Numbered from the stretch's first letter, positions 1 to 11,192 are shown. The stretch is DNA of 64,000 bases from Spirochaetota bacterium (GCA_965208615.1 CBDBPB010000001.1:320001-384000); one strand, 5' to 3'. Program-made: numbers and translations. Notes: generated by a model from the letters alone, not told the origin.

Positions 1-513
1 CCTGCCTGGATCAGTATTAGCCTCTTTTAATGCCCAGTTGAAAAGTCCTATATCTGGCTTGCTTATCCCCAAACTGTCAGATAACGCTATAACCTTAAAA
101 TATTTAACTAAGTCATGCTTTTTAAGAACGTCGTAACACTCAACAGGTTGATTCGCAATAATCCCAAGGTTATATTTACTATATGCACGCTTTATAAAGG
201 ATTTTGCCTTTGGTATAATAGGATTAAGATCATACCACATAGAGTGTATATGAGAAAATATAGTATTACGAATTAGCTTTTCTTCATCATAAGAACAATA
301 ATTAAGAACCAAATCCCTAGGAAGACGCTTATTAGAATTAATAAAAAACTCATCCCTCTTGTTAAGCAGGTCATTAAATGTAATGTTAATACCTCTTTTT
401 ACTAACTCTTCATGAATAAGCTTATAAGAATAAGCTACACCAGGATCATCATTTAGTATAACATTACCCACATCAAGGAATAACCATTTTCTATTATGCA
501 AACTATTACCCAA
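1..513 (-). CDS. HAD-superfamily hydrolase (3' end runs off window; not in ORF track)
   Basis: Manual translation from TTG at 513 (GGAG upstream): motif I WLFLDVGNV, then GIIANQ and GISKPD; frame open to position 1. Confidence 0.85.
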   Translation of the reverse strand, partial: MGNSLHNRKWLFLDVGNVILNDDPGVAYSYKLIHEELVKRGINITFNDLLNKRDEFFINSNKRLPRDLVLNYCSYDEEKLIRNTIFSHIHSMWYDLNPIIPKAKSFIKRAYSKYNLGIIANQPVECYDVLKKHDLVKYFKVIALSDSLGISKPDIGLFNWALKEANTDPGR

Positions 514-556
514 AACTCCAGCCTTTTTATAAGGGCTTAACCTTATTTAGCAAATA

Positions 557-1054
557 TTATCTATAATTTTCAAAATCTATATGGATACCAAAATCCTTAT
601 CCTTAAGCTTGGCCATTATATCCTGAAGATCATCTTTTTTTCTTCCAGTAACCCTAACCTGTAAATCCTGTATTTGAGACTGAACCCTTATTTTACTATC
701 CTTTATAAATTTAACAATTTCCTTACACTTATCTTTATTAATACCCGATTGCAATTCAATCTTTTGCCTAATCATCCCATGAGATGCACTCTCCTCCTTG
801 TTATAAATAAGTGCCTTAAGAGGAACCTTTCTTTTTACCAGCTTTGCCTTTAGTATATCAACTATACTCTTAAGCTTAAAATCGTTATCAGCCAAAAGAT
901 TAATACAGTTATCCTTCTGATTAAGGGTAATATCACTCTTACTGCCCTTAAAGTCATATCTTTGAGCCATCTCCTTTTGAGACTGATTAACCGCATTCAT
1001 AACCTCGTTCATATCCACTTGGGATATAATGTCAAATGAAAAAGTCTGTGCCAT
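557..1054 (-). CDS. yajQ: YajQ family nucleotide/c-di-GMP-binding protein
   Basis: SFDIIS, RYDFKGS, QVRVTGRKKDDLQ, C-terminal FENYR. Confidence 0.95.
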   Translation of the reverse strand: MAQTFSFDIISQVDMNEVMNAVNQSQKEMAQRYDFKGSKSDITLNQKDNCINLLADNDFKLKSIVDILKAKLVKRKVPLKALIYNKEESASHGMIRQKIELQSGINKDKCKEIVKFIKDSKIRVQSQIQDLQVRVTGRKKDDLQDIMAKLKDKDFGIHIDFENYR

Positions 1055-1139
1055 ATTATTTATACCCTGTTTTCTATTAGCAATTTGCCTGACTAAAAAT
1101 AAAAAGATTAATAAACTACTCCATCATATTTACAAAAAC

Positions 1140-1982
1140 CTAACTAGTATATTTATGCAAACTTGGTCCTGGTAAATACTGCATGCCCAAATAAGTAAAA
1201 AGAATAGCTAAAAACCCTATGATAATAACAATAGCTAACTTTTTATCATCCCATATATACTTTAAATGAAAATATCCCACAAAAGCAAACCATGATACTA
1301 ATGCCCAATTTTCTTTTGAATCCCATCCCCAATAGTTAGACCATGCCTCCTGACCCCACCATGAACCTATTAATAATCCCAAAGTTAAAAATAAAAAACC
1401 AAACTTGCTAACAGAAAAAGCATAAGAACTAAAATTAACAGACTTCTGTCCACTCATAAGCCAATACCAACTAACATCCCTTGGAAATATTAAATATAAA
1501 ATCGCAGACAAAAAAGCTATAAAAAATGCTCCATAGCCCATAACATAACTAAGTACATGAGGTATAAAAAGTGGACTCTGTAAAGCCGCCATAAGAGGTA
1601 ATGCCTCTACATCCCTCTTGGATACCGCAAATAAAAAGGTTAATAGTATACCAAGACTAACAAACACTCCAAGAAGTCTAACTTTAAAAATTAACTCAGC
1701 AATAATATATATAAGAGCAGTTGCCCATGTTATAAATATAGTTGCCTCATACCAAGTCTTAAAAGGCTCTCTACCTGTTGTTATCCACCTATCAACAATT
1801 AGCCATGTATCAATAATAAAAGCCAATATCAATAAAAAAGTAGTAAGGAAAAACATAAGTAAAGACTTATCCACAAGCCTTTTACTAAAAACTAATGCCA
1901 CTATATATCCCAAAAAAGCTACAACAAAAGCTAATAGAGTTAACTTAGCTAATATAGGTAAATAATATATCTGCTCTATCAT
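1140..1982 (-). CDS. ccsA: Cytochrome c biogenesis protein CcsA/ResC (system II)
   Basis: WWD motif WWGQEAWSNYWGWDSKENW, conserved His, multiple TM helices. Confidence 0.92.
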   Translation of the reverse strand: MIEQIYYLPILAKLTLLAFVVAFLGYIVALVFSKRLVDKSLLMFFLTTFLLILAFIIDTWLIVDRWITTGREPFKTWYEATIFITWATALIYIIAELIFKVRLLGVFVSLGILLTFLFAVSKRDVEALPLMAALQSPLFIPHVLSYVMGYGAFFIAFLSAILYLIFPRDVSWYWLMSGQKSVNFSSYAFSVSKFGFLFLTLGLLIGSWWGQEAWSNYWGWDSKENWALVSWFAFVGYFHLKYIWDDKKLAIVIIIGFLAILFTYLGMQYLPGPSLHKYTS

Positions 1983-1999
1983 AATATACTCCTAACTAC

Positions 2000-4456
2000 T
2001 TAATTAGAACTATTTAAGCCATTCTTTGGCTTTATGTATAACGTTATAAAAACTCCAATCAATAATACCACAAAGCCAAAATATACAATGTATAATCCAG
2101 GCTCATAAGTAATACCAATCCCAGAATAATATGGATTTTGTTCACTGGCATTAGTTTGATAAAAACGATAACCATTATACTTCATATACTCATTGACCCT
2201 AATAACCTGAGTTTTACTAGCCCTATTAACTTTTTTATCCTCGAATATCGATAAGGTACTCTGCCAATACTTTGTAGTGGACTGCTTTGACGAATCAAGA
2301 TATAAAATATAGTCAGAATTAGGCAGTGAATACCTATATGAACCAGTGTTATCCCTTATATTCGGTAGATAAACTAATTTATCTAATCCCCCAGTCTTTA
2401 CCTCCAGCAATACAAGTGGATTACGCTGATACGGCAAAGCATTAGCTGGAAAAGGATATACCTGCTTAATATCATTATACATTTTTATAAAAGTGTATGA
2501 GGCTTTACTATCCCCAAAAATATAAGGCTTATTAAATTCAATATCCTCAACCTTCAAAGTCTTATTCAATATGCTATATATTTTTCTATCCTTTCCAGCA
2601 ATGACAACCTTATTCATTTGCTTGGAGTCATAAGAATACTTAAACCCTAAATCCGGTAAAATCTTTTTAAGCTTATCCGGTAATGGAAAGTCATAATTCT
2701 CAAATAACATAAACTTAATATCTTCTTTATCCCCCAAAAGACTAAGCTCAACAACAGGATTAATAGGATTAGATAAATCATTAACAATAACCTTTTCTTT
2801 AATATAAAAATGCTTATAAAACTTGTCTAACCTTATTTTATATGGAGAATTATCCACCTTATGAACATCACCAGGCTTAAAAAATGTTTTTATAGTGTTT
2901 TTATCCCCATTAACTAGCTTAATATAATGCTTAGACTGCTTTTTAGCCCGCTTTACTTTATACAATAATTTATTAGCATCCTTTTTAGAAAAACTCCATA
3001 TCAAGTTAATCTTAGTCCCATTAGTAGGATCTTTGTGATTATAATTATGCCTAAACAAAATGGTATTATTCACCTTTCCAGAGGACATACTAGCAAATAA
3101 TCCTGGATTTATAACGTCTATATTAGCGGATAAAATATCATCAGGAATAGAACTTAATATCTGAGCAACATCAAGACTCAAAAGCTCATCTTTATAAATA
3201 TCTTTTTTAAGTATATATCCACTGTTAACTCTTTTATATGCACTTAATAAAAGGTTTTTATCATTATCACTTTTAACCCTAGGTAAAAGCTCTTTCTCAA
3301 AGGAATGCTTAGACAGCCTATTAGGAAAATTAATATAGTTAATATAAAAATCAGGAATATATTTTACAATTTTATAAGATATATCCTCGCCGTAAACCTT
3401 TTGACTATTACCAATACCTAATGGAATAGCAACAAGAACCTCATTCTTAGAACGCTTTTTAACTGCCTTCTTACCAGATGGAGTCTCTACTTCAATTTCT
3501 TTATGCCCCTGATTAACCTTAGCTAAATATATATGAAAATCAGGATCGTATTTCTTAGTTTCAAACTTATCCAATTTAAGATAAAAATCTAACTTTTTCT
3601 TTTTCCTACCCATAAAATCAGCCTTATAAAGCTCAACCCTATCGCTATACTTGTTAAGCTCAAGGTGAATAACTCCCTTAAAGCCCAAAAGAAAGTCTAG
3701 CCAAGCTCCCATAACAATAATTATTAGCGAAATATGAAGAAGATGAAATCCAGTAAAACGCCAGTTAAAGGGCTTAGTTAGAATAATCCTAATAAGACTA
3801 ACTAATAAAAAAACATATAAAACAGTATAAGGTCCACTATGATAAAAGTCATGAAGCCCTAAATAAATAATTATCTTACTCGCCAATGCACCAAACATAC
3901 TAACAGATGGCGAAGATAAACTAAAAATAACGGATAAACATAAAAATAAACCAAAACCTAAAATTAAATAAGTAAATACCCTCTTATACCTAAACTTGAA
4001 AATAATCCTAACTAAAAGGTATACCAATATAAGTATGACGAATACAATGGCAAATTTATACCAAGAATTGCCCATAAACGTAAAAAAAGAAACTGAAAAA
4101 TTATTATAATAAATATCCTCTTTAACGCTGGCATTAAATGTATTCCACTGAGGTAAAAAAGTACCTATCATGGTAGTAATAACTAGAAAAAAAACATTCA
4201 TTACTGCAAAATAATATGTAGTCATTAGGTTTTTAATGTGCTTGTAGGTTATAGCGATAAAAATTAAAGCTATTAATAATGATAACGCTATAACAATTGG
4301 ATATCCAAAGCTATAACCCTCCATTGAAAGCCACTTTCCAAAACCAATTACTTTATGTATTATAAAACCTACAAACATACCAGCAAGTAATAATATTCCA
4401 GATTTAACAAATAATGACAACTCAATTGATTTATTTTGTATTTTCTTAGCTTCCAT
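2000..4456 (-). CDS. Cytochrome c biogenesis protein ResB/Ccs1 (long form)
   Basis: IGTFLPQ, GFHLLHISLIII, C-terminal VNEYMKYNGYRFYQ and EPGLYIVYFGF; adjacent to ccsA. Confidence 0.85.
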   Translation of the reverse strand: MEAKKIQNKSIELSLFVKSGILLLAGMFVGFIIHKVIGFGKWLSMEGYSFGYPIVIALSLLIALIFIAITYKHIKNLMTTYYFAVMNVFFLVITTMIGTFLPQWNTFNASVKEDIYYNNFSVSFFTFMGNSWYKFAIVFVILILVYLLVRIIFKFRYKRVFTYLILGFGLFLCLSVIFSLSSPSVSMFGALASKIIIYLGLHDFYHSGPYTVLYVFLLVSLIRIILTKPFNWRFTGFHLLHISLIIIVMGAWLDFLLGFKGVIHLELNKYSDRVELYKADFMGRKKKKLDFYLKLDKFETKKYDPDFHIYLAKVNQGHKEIEVETPSGKKAVKKRSKNEVLVAIPLGIGNSQKVYGEDISYKIVKYIPDFYINYINFPNRLSKHSFEKELLPRVKSDNDKNLLLSAYKRVNSGYILKKDIYKDELLSLDVAQILSSIPDDILSANIDVINPGLFASMSSGKVNNTILFRHNYNHKDPTNGTKINLIWSFSKKDANKLLYKVKRAKKQSKHYIKLVNGDKNTIKTFFKPGDVHKVDNSPYKIRLDKFYKHFYIKEKVIVNDLSNPINPVVELSLLGDKEDIKFMLFENYDFPLPDKLKKILPDLGFKYSYDSKQMNKVVIAGKDRKIYSILNKTLKVEDIEFNKPYIFGDSKASYTFIKMYNDIKQVYPFPANALPYQRNPLVLLEVKTGGLDKLVYLPNIRDNTGSYRYSLPNSDYILYLDSSKQSTTKYWQSTLSIFEDKKVNRASKTQVIRVNEYMKYNGYRFYQTNASEQNPYYSGIGITYEPGLYIVYFGFVVLLIGVFITLYIKPKNGLNSSN

Positions 4457-4525
4457 ATTAAAACCTTTATATTTATAAAGTTAGTTATAGCAAGTAGTTT
4501 ACAATGTATTAGCTTTAGGACGAAG

Positions 4526-4801
4526 TTAGTATAGTTTTCTATTTTGAGTTAGCTTACATAAAAACTCTGACTTTTTATGCTTTTTAAGCCTTTTTATTTT
4601 ATATTCAAGCTTATATGCCTCTTTTTTACTAAGCATATCATAAAAAGCAATAAGCTTAACAGGCAGTCTATAACGAGTATATTTAGCTCCTAATCCGTTA
4701 TTATGGTCTTTTATCCTTTTATTAATGTTTTTAGTTACCCCGCAATAATAAGTCTCATCCGCACAATAAACTAAATAAACACCCCAGTCTTTTTCAGACA
4801 T
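4526..4801 (-). CDS. GIY-YIG nuclease family protein (UPF0213-like)
   Basis: VYLVYCADETYYCGVT, HNNGLGAKYTR, EYKIKRL. Confidence 0.9.
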   Translation of the reverse strand: MSEKDWGVYLVYCADETYYCGVTKNINKRIKDHNNGLGAKYTRYRLPVKLIAFYDMLSKKEAYKLEYKIKRLKKHKKSEFLCKLTQNRKLY

Positions 4802-4944
4802 CTATATACCCTTAGTTAACCTAACTAATTGCTTTCTACATAATAAGTACAACTATAACATCCCAATATAATTTAACTAATTTAAACTAAAAAACATAGC
4901 ACTTTTTATCCCATCAACGCTATCCTTATAAAAAAACCTAAAAC

Positions 4945-5592
4945 TCACTCATCACTATACTCCTTTATATCTATCTTTGGTCCAAGATGTTTAGGTTTAT
5001 GATTAAATATATGTAGCTCAAAATATGCCTTTATCCTAGCTAAAAACTCTCTTGCCTTATTTAAATAATGAGCATCATAAATACGCTTATCCGCTGGTAT
5101 ACCATAAACATTAAGCCCAAGATGGCGTGCTATATATATAGCCCTGTCAAGGTGGAACTTTTGTGTTATAACATAAAAAGACCCTAAACCAAAAATAGCT
5201 TTTGCCCTATATAAACTATCATAAGTTCTAAGACCAGCATGATCTAAAAATATATCCCTATCCAAAACACCTTTAGATAAAGCATAGTTTTTCATGGCAT
5301 TAACCTCATCATAATCCACTTTGTGATGAGCACCAGAAAATAATAACTTTGATACCACAGCTTTTTTATATAACTCTATCCCCAAATCAACCCTGTCCCT
5401 AAGAATAGTGGATAACTTACCATCCTTATATACTCTTGCACCGAGTACTAAAACAACATAACGCTTATCAATATTATCAATATTATTAATCCAATAAGGT
5501 CTGGCAAACTTAACCATAGCACTGCTTATGTATAAAGCAATACTCAAACCCACAACAAATAAAACTACAACTAAAATAAATATCCTAAGCAT
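4945..5592 (-). CDS. SanA/YdcF (DUF218) family protein
   Basis: VLGARV, LRDRVD, DHAGLRTYDSLYRA, TQKFHLDRA, REFLAR. Confidence 0.9.
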   Translation of the reverse strand: MLRIFILVVVLFVVGLSIALYISSAMVKFARPYWINNIDNIDKRYVVLVLGARVYKDGKLSTILRDRVDLGIELYKKAVVSKLLFSGAHHKVDYDEVNAMKNYALSKGVLDRDIFLDHAGLRTYDSLYRAKAIFGLGSFYVITQKFHLDRAIYIARHLGLNVYGIPADKRIYDAHYLNKAREFLARIKAYFELHIFNHKPKHLGPKIDIKEYSDE

Positions 5593-5613
5593 GTTAACCT
5601 AAAAACAACTACT

Positions 5614-5645
5614 AAATAAAATACCCCAGCATAAAAGCTGAGGTA
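5614..5645 (-). terminator. Intrinsic terminator after soeABC
   Basis: Minus-strand hairpin TACCTCAGC-TTTTAT-GCTGGGGTA followed by TTTTATTT. Confidence 0.65.
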
Positions 5646-5725
5646 AAGATAATTAATAATAAAAAACTATACTCTTGAAGGAGATAAATATAATAATAAC
5701 CCATAACAACTATTTTTAAATATAG

Positions 5726-6736
5726 CTAAGGTATGGGAGTACCTCTTTTTGCCTTTGTCAAAATAGGATTCTTAATAGCCTTTACCCTAAAATTATTATA
5801 GTACAAGTTTTGTAAGTGATTGCCCTCAATAAAAAATAAACGCCTATCCCATAAAAAACCAAAAATCACTAATACCATAACAACTAAACTCAAAACTAAA
5901 TCAATAAAACTATAAACCCTGTTATAGCCTATGAAAAGCCAAATAAACAACGGTACTACAAATGCAAATACTATAACTAACCTCTCCTGCATAACCTTAT
6001 TATCTGCCTTATAAAAATATTCTTTTGTATTATAGTTATCATAAGCACATCCAGTATCCATTAAACGTATGTCATGATCGTTTATCCCAAGGGCATTCCT
6101 CAAAGTGGATGACTCATAAGCATTGTTAATATATTTATAAGACATTAGCTTAACAACTAATGCAAATAATGTAAGCAATATCAAAAATATGACTAGACCA
6201 TCAATAATAAAAACCATATCACCACGTAAAAATAACAAGGCTAAACTATAAGCTATAGCAGTCCCACCCAGTATACCGGATAATATAAAGTTAACCAAAG
6301 TATATATATTTGCCCACTCCTTTATATAACTAATGGCAACATACAACATGGATGAGGCTATCAAAAAGCCAAAACTAACAATAACGCCTAAAAACCCAAG
6401 TAATAAAAGCTTTTCGTAAGAAGCATTAAAATAAAACATAACTAAATATATAAAAGTTATACTAATTGCCCCCCCTAGGTGCATAGCCTCTCTGGATAAC
6501 CATGATTGTCTAATCATCCTAATTGCCTTCCATCCACGCTTTGGATTACCAAGATGAAATATACTGGCAATACCGCCTAAGCCCTGAAATAATAGAGAAC
6601 TCAATAATAAACTATATATGTATATCCTCGGCATAGTGTTAGCAAAAAGACCCTCTAATACAATAGTCAAAATGAATATCCCTTGACCTATTCCCCCCAA
6701 AACAGTTAATAAAACTAATGACATCTCTGGTCTCAT
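5726..6736 (-). CDS. soeC: Sulfite dehydrogenase membrane anchor (DmsC-like)
   Basis: MRPEMSLVLLT, SIFHLGNPKRGW, SWLSRE, HLQNLYY; third gene of the operon. Confidence 0.85.
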   Translation of the reverse strand: MRPEMSLVLLTVLGGIGQGIFILTIVLEGLFANTMPRIYIYSLLLSSLLFQGLGGIASIFHLGNPKRGWKAIRMIRQSWLSREAMHLGGAISITFIYLVMFYFNASYEKLLLLGFLGVIVSFGFLIASSMLYVAISYIKEWANIYTLVNFILSGILGGTAIAYSLALLFLRGDMVFIIDGLVIFLILLTLFALVVKLMSYKYINNAYESSTLRNALGINDHDIRLMDTGCAYDNYNTKEYFYKADNKVMQERLVIVFAFVVPLFIWLFIGYNRVYSFIDLVLSLVVMVLVIFGFLWDRRLFFIEGNHLQNLYYNNFRVKAIKNPILTKAKRGTPIP

Positions 6737-6751
6737 ATAGCCTCCTATAAA

Positions 6752-7480
6752 CTAAGTGCTGGCAATATCCTCAGCAATAGTCTCTTTGTACGATATAATA
6801 GACTTCTCAGTCTTAACCTTAATATGTTTTCTACTTCTAACATCATCCCTATCGACCTTCATCTCAATCTTTCTCTTGGGTAAATAGTGGTTTGACGGTT
6901 CAGCAGCAGACTTAGGCATAAGTTTATAACCCATACCATCCCTAATCCTTTTTGAGGCCTCACTATTAGGATCATCAATATCACCAAATACCCTTGCCCT
7001 AGTAGGACAAGCTAAAACACATGCAGGCTTTCTCTCTTCATGAGGTAAATTATCATTATATATTCTGTCAATGCAAAGAGTACACTTTTTCATAACCCCC
7101 TCAAACTCGTCATACTCCCTACAGCCATAAGGACAAGCCCATGAACAATACTTACAACCAATACAATCATCATAATTAACTAAAACAACCCCATCCTCCT
7201 CACGCTTATAAGAGGCTGATGTAGGGCATACCTTAACACATGGGGCATCCTTACAGTGCATACAGGACTTGGGTAAATACATAATCTCAGTATTAGGGTA
7301 TTTACCAATCTCATAAGTCTGAACCCTGTTAAACCATACCCCGTCAGGACACTCACCATAAGGATTATTATCAGTAAGAGGTCCAGCACTCCCTTGAGTA
7401 TTCCACGACTTACAGTTGGTAGCACAGGCATGACATCCCACACAACTGTTTAAATCTATCACTAACGCTAATTGACTCAT
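6752..7480 (-). CDS. soeB: Sulfite dehydrogenase 4Fe-4S subunit
   Basis: QLALVIDLNSCVGCHAC; four Cys clusters of DmsB type. Confidence 0.9.
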   Translation of the reverse strand: MSQLALVIDLNSCVGCHACATNCKSWNTQGSAGPLTDNNPYGECPDGVWFNRVQTYEIGKYPNTEIMYLPKSCMHCKDAPCVKVCPTSASYKREEDGVVLVNYDDCIGCKYCSWACPYGCREYDEFEGVMKKCTLCIDRIYNDNLPHEERKPACVLACPTRARVFGDIDDPNSEASKRIRDGMGYKLMPKSAAEPSNHYLPKRKIEMKVDRDDVRSRKHIKVKTEKSIISYKETIAEDIAST

Positions 7481-10371
7481 CTATTCCCCCTTATAAACTC
7501 GTATCTAAGTACCTTTGGCACCTTATCCATATTGGGTAAAGCCTTAAGAGGTTTAAACTCAGGCCATGGCTTTTTCTCATTAGCCTTACTAATACGCACC
7601 CTTAAATCAAACCAAGCCGCCTGACCACTAATCGGATCACTGTTGGATATTATAGTCCCATCATCTAAAGTAAGCTCCTCTTTGATAAGGTGATTCAATA
7701 AAAAACCATAACTAGCCTCTTTTGCCTTAGGATCAAGATTCCATGCACCAGGTATTTTAGCAATTGCATTCCACGTCCAAACAGTATCGGGCTGAACAGC
7801 CTCTGACAGCTTAACCTGTACCCTAATCTTACTAAGAGGAGATTCAACCCAAACCCAGTCCATATCCTTAATTCCAAGCTCAATAGCCTTAGCACTGTTC
7901 ATATATAAATAATTCTGACCAATAATCTGCCTAAGCCAAGCATTCTGACTATCCCATGAATGATACATAGGCATAGGCCTTTGGGTTATAGCATGAATGT
8001 TATATTTATCCTTGTCAATAAGCTCATGCTCAATAGGCTCATACCAAAATGGTAGTGGATCAAAATACTTAATAATCCTCTCTCTATGCCTATCACTAAC
8101 AGGCTGACGACCACTCCTATGCCCTTTAGCCGATAACCTAAACCTTTGTAGTGCCTCAGAATAAAGATTCATAACAATAGGCTCATTCATCCGTATAAGC
8201 TTAGCTTTTTGTGCCCAGTTTAAATATCCCTGATTAATATTACGATTGTATTTAATGTTGTCCTCAAGCTCAATCTGAAAGAATGACTTATTATTAAAAT
8301 ATGCCTCCCACTGATTTGGATTAGGCTCACCAATCATATGACTATTACCGTCTTTACCCCTCCATCCAGCTAAAAACCCTATACCAGCACCCTTAGCAGG
8401 CTCCCAATTGGCAATGAACTCCTTATAGGTTTTAAACAAAGGCTTTTTATCCGAATCACAAAAGCCCTCTAAGCCAAGAGAATTAGCAAGATCAATAAGA
8501 GTTTGTTGAAAAGGCCTACATTCACCCTTAGGCTCAAGGATAGGGCGTCTTATAGCATCAGCAGGACACTCATAATCACTAATAGGCCTATCCAACATGG
8601 ATATAACATCCAGCCTCTCAAGATAAGTTGTGTCAGGTAAAACTAAATCAGCAAAAGCAACTTGCTCACTATAAAAAGCATCACTCACAACCAAAAACGG
8701 TATCTTATATGTACCATCCTCATTCTTAGCCTTTAACATCTCAATAGTACCCATAGTATTCATAGACGAGTTCCACGCCATGTTAGCCATAAACAAAATT
8801 AACGTATCAATGGTATAAGGATCACCCCTATAGGCGTTGGATATAACATTCTGAAGCATCCCATGGGCTGTTAGTGGAAAGTCCCAGCTAAAAGCCTTAT
8901 CAAGCCTAAGAGGTTCACCATTATCATCAACCATTAAGTGTTCAGGCATAGATGGAAAGCCCAATACAGGTGATGGTAATGGTGTGTTAGGCTTAATCTG
9001 ATCAGCCGAGTTAATAGGCTTAGGACAAGGAGGAGCAGGCTTTGGGAAAGGCGGCTTAAACCTAAACCCACCAGGACGATCTATAATACCCAAAAGCATC
9101 ATAAATATAGATAGTGCCCTAATAGTCTGAAAACCATTGGAATGTGCAGCTAATCCCCTCATGCCATGAACAGATACAGGATTACCAGTGGTGGTCTCAT
9201 GTTCATTATCCCAAGCATCAGTCCACGGTATTGGCAATGTTATAGTCTCATTTTTTGCTATAATCCCTATCTCAAGAGCGATTCTCTCTATAGTATCAGC
9301 TGGTACACCACAAATAGCCTCTGCCTTCTCTGGAGTATACTCCTCCATGACCCTCTCACTCAGTAATTGCATACCAGTCTTTACTGTTTTACCGTCAGAA
9401 GTCTTAAAAGTACCCATAAGAGCTGGATTAATACCCTCAGTATATGGCTCCTCAACCTCATCAGTGTTTAAGTCCCACACTGAATGTAGACTATCATCCC
9501 TACCACCCCACTCAGGATGTATATATGATAGACCCTCACCTTCATCGCCCTCATCAGTCTGGATTAAGTATGAGGCATTAGTATGGGTCAATAAAAAGTC
9601 ATTGTCATATAAGCCATTCTTTAAAAGTACGTGGATCATAGCCATAATAAACATCCCATCAGTACCAGGCTTAATAGGTACCCACTCATCAGCAATTGCC
9701 CCATATCCAGATCGAACAGGGTTTATAACAACTAACTTACCACCACGCTCCCTTATCTTGGATAGGCCAAGCTTAAGAGGATTAGAGTCATGATCCTCAG
9801 CCACGCCAAATAATAACATATATTTAGTACGTTCATAATCAGCACCACCAAACTCCCAGCTAGTACCCCCTATAGAGTATATCATCCCAGTTGCCATATT
9901 AACAGAACAAAACCCACCATGTGCCGCAAAGTTAGGGGTACCAAATTGCTTTGCCCAGTAAGACGTTAAAGCCTGCATCTGATCCCTACCCGTAAAGAAT
10001 GCTAACTTCTTTGGATCAGTCTCTCTAATGTTTTTAAGACGCTTTGTAAGAATATCCATAGCCTCATCCCAGGATATCTCATTAAACTCACTCTCCCCTC
10101 TTTCTGCATTCTCTTTTCTTAAAAGAGGCTTACTTAGCCTAGCAGGGCTAAACTGCTTCATAATCCCTGATGAACCCTTTGCACATATCACTCCCTGATT
10201 AGTAGGATGATCAGGATTACCCTGTATATATACGATTTTATTATCCCTTAAATTAACCTTTATCCCGCACCTACAAGCACACATATAACAAGTTGTATAC
10301 TTAATATCCTCGTTGGACAAAAGAGTATGGCCATCCTTCTCCCGCCTTATGTTATCCATAAATCTCTCCAT
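7477..10371 (-). CDS. soeA: Cytoplasmic sulfite dehydrogenase molybdopterin subunit (start may be ATG at 10359, which has a GGAGA SD)
   Basis: TTCYMCACRCGI, FFTGRDQMQ, AAHGGFCSVN, MRGLAAHSNGFQT; no Tat signal. Confidence 0.9.
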   Translation of the reverse strand: MERFMDNIRREKDGHTLLSNEDIKYTTCYMCACRCGIKVNLRDNKIVYIQGNPDHPTNQGVICAKGSSGIMKQFSPARLSKPLLRKENAERGESEFNEISWDEAMDILTKRLKNIRETDPKKLAFFTGRDQMQALTSYWAKQFGTPNFAAHGGFCSVNMATGMIYSIGGTSWEFGGADYERTKYMLLFGVAEDHDSNPLKLGLSKIRERGGKLVVINPVRSGYGAIADEWVPIKPGTDGMFIMAMIHVLLKNGLYDNDFLLTHTNASYLIQTDEGDEGEGLSYIHPEWGGRDDSLHSVWDLNTDEVEEPYTEGINPALMGTFKTSDGKTVKTGMQLLSERVMEEYTPEKAEAICGVPADTIERIALEIGIIAKNETITLPIPWTDAWDNEHETTTGNPVSVHGMRGLAAHSNGFQTIRALSIFMMLLGIIDRPGGFRFKPPFPKPAPPCPKPINSADQIKPNTPLPSPVLGFPSMPEHLMVDDNGEPLRLDKAFSWDFPLTAHGMLQNVISNAYRGDPYTIDTLILFMANMAWNSSMNTMGTIEMLKAKNEDGTYKIPFLVVSDAFYSEQVAFADLVLPDTTYLERLDVISMLDRPISDYECPADAIRRPILEPKGECRPFQQTLIDLANSLGLEGFCDSDKKPLFKTYKEFIANWEPAKGAGIGFLAGWRGKDGNSHMIGEPNPNQWEAYFNNKSFFQIELEDNIKYNRNINQGYLNWAQKAKLIRMNEPIVMNLYSEALQRFRLSAKGHRSGRQPVSDRHRERIIKYFDPLPFWYEPIEHELIDKDKYNIHAITQRPMPMYHSWDSQNAWLRQIIGQNYLYMNSAKAIELGIKDMDWVWVESPLSKIRVQVKLSEAVQPDTVWTWNAIAKIPGAWNLDPKAKEASYGFLLNHLIKEELTLDDGTIISNSDPISGQAAWFDLRVRISKANEKKPWPEFKPLKALPNMDKVPKVLRYEFIRGNR

Positions 10372-10505
10372 AAATAAATGAGTCTATAAACCGAACTATT
10401 ATTGAAAGTAAAAATCTAATGAATTAAAACACCCCTCTCATAAAGAGGGGTAAGAGGAGATATTCATTTGCTTTTATAGCAAATATTGAAAAAAACAATA
10501 TATAT

Positions 10506-10539
10506 TTAAATTACTATCCGTCTTAAATTACTATCCGTC
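10506..10539. repeat. 17-bp perfect tandem duplication
   Basis: TTAAATTACTATCCGTC twice (10506-10522, 10523-10539). Confidence 0.9.
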
Positions 10540-10844
10540 ATTAATAGTATAACAAAATGATATTATACTTGGTTCCATAAATTTATATAGGAACAAAAAA
10601 CTATGAGTTTAGTTTGTTTTTTAGGAGAATAGTAAAATAATACCTCAAAGGAATGCTATTATCTTGACGTTATATGTTTTCCCTAAAATAATAAGTAAAT
10701 TATTAAGCCAATACCCCCTCTAAACTAATTAAATTATCATAAAATATCTCTTTATTATATCTGATAGAAGGCTTGCTAACAAAGCATTAAACAGTAATTA
10801 GTAACACTATAATAAATATAAACCTATGGTTTTTTTGGAAAAAG

Positions 10845-10873
10845 TTGACTGTTTTAAAAATAGTACTTATATT
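10845..10873 (+). promoter_or_regulatory. Putative sigma70 promoter of acpP
   Basis: TTGACT-17 nt-TATATT. Confidence 0.5.
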
Positions 10874-10958
10874 ATAGCAAAAATTATTTAGAATATGCTC
10901 TAATATAAATATATTACAACCAGTTAAACCAAATTAATTACTAAACCGGAGGCTATAA

Positions 10959-11192
10959 ATGAATCATTTTGATAAAGTAAAAGAAATTATTGTTGATCAA
11001 CTAGGCGTTGAAGAATCTGAAGTAACTCTAGAAGCATCTTTTATAGACGATCTTGGAGCCGATTCACTAGATACTGTAGAGTTAGTTATGGCTTTTGAAG
11101 AAGAATTCAAAATAGAAATACCTGATGAAATAGCTGAAAAAATCCTTACTGTAAAAAATGCTGTCGACTTTATACAGAAAAGCGCTAAGTAA
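10959..11192 (+). CDS. acpP: Acyl carrier protein
   Basis: [20 protein letters not shown]; GGAGG SD. Confidence 0.98.
   Translation: MNHFDKVKEIIVDQLGVEESEVTLEASFIDDLGADSLDTVELVMAFEEEFKIEIPDEIAEKILTVKNAVDFIQKSAK

Noticed and set aside
4526-4801. GIY-YIG as a homing endonuclease or mobile element
   Set aside because: Short stand-alone UPF0213-type protein with no intron or insertion signatures.
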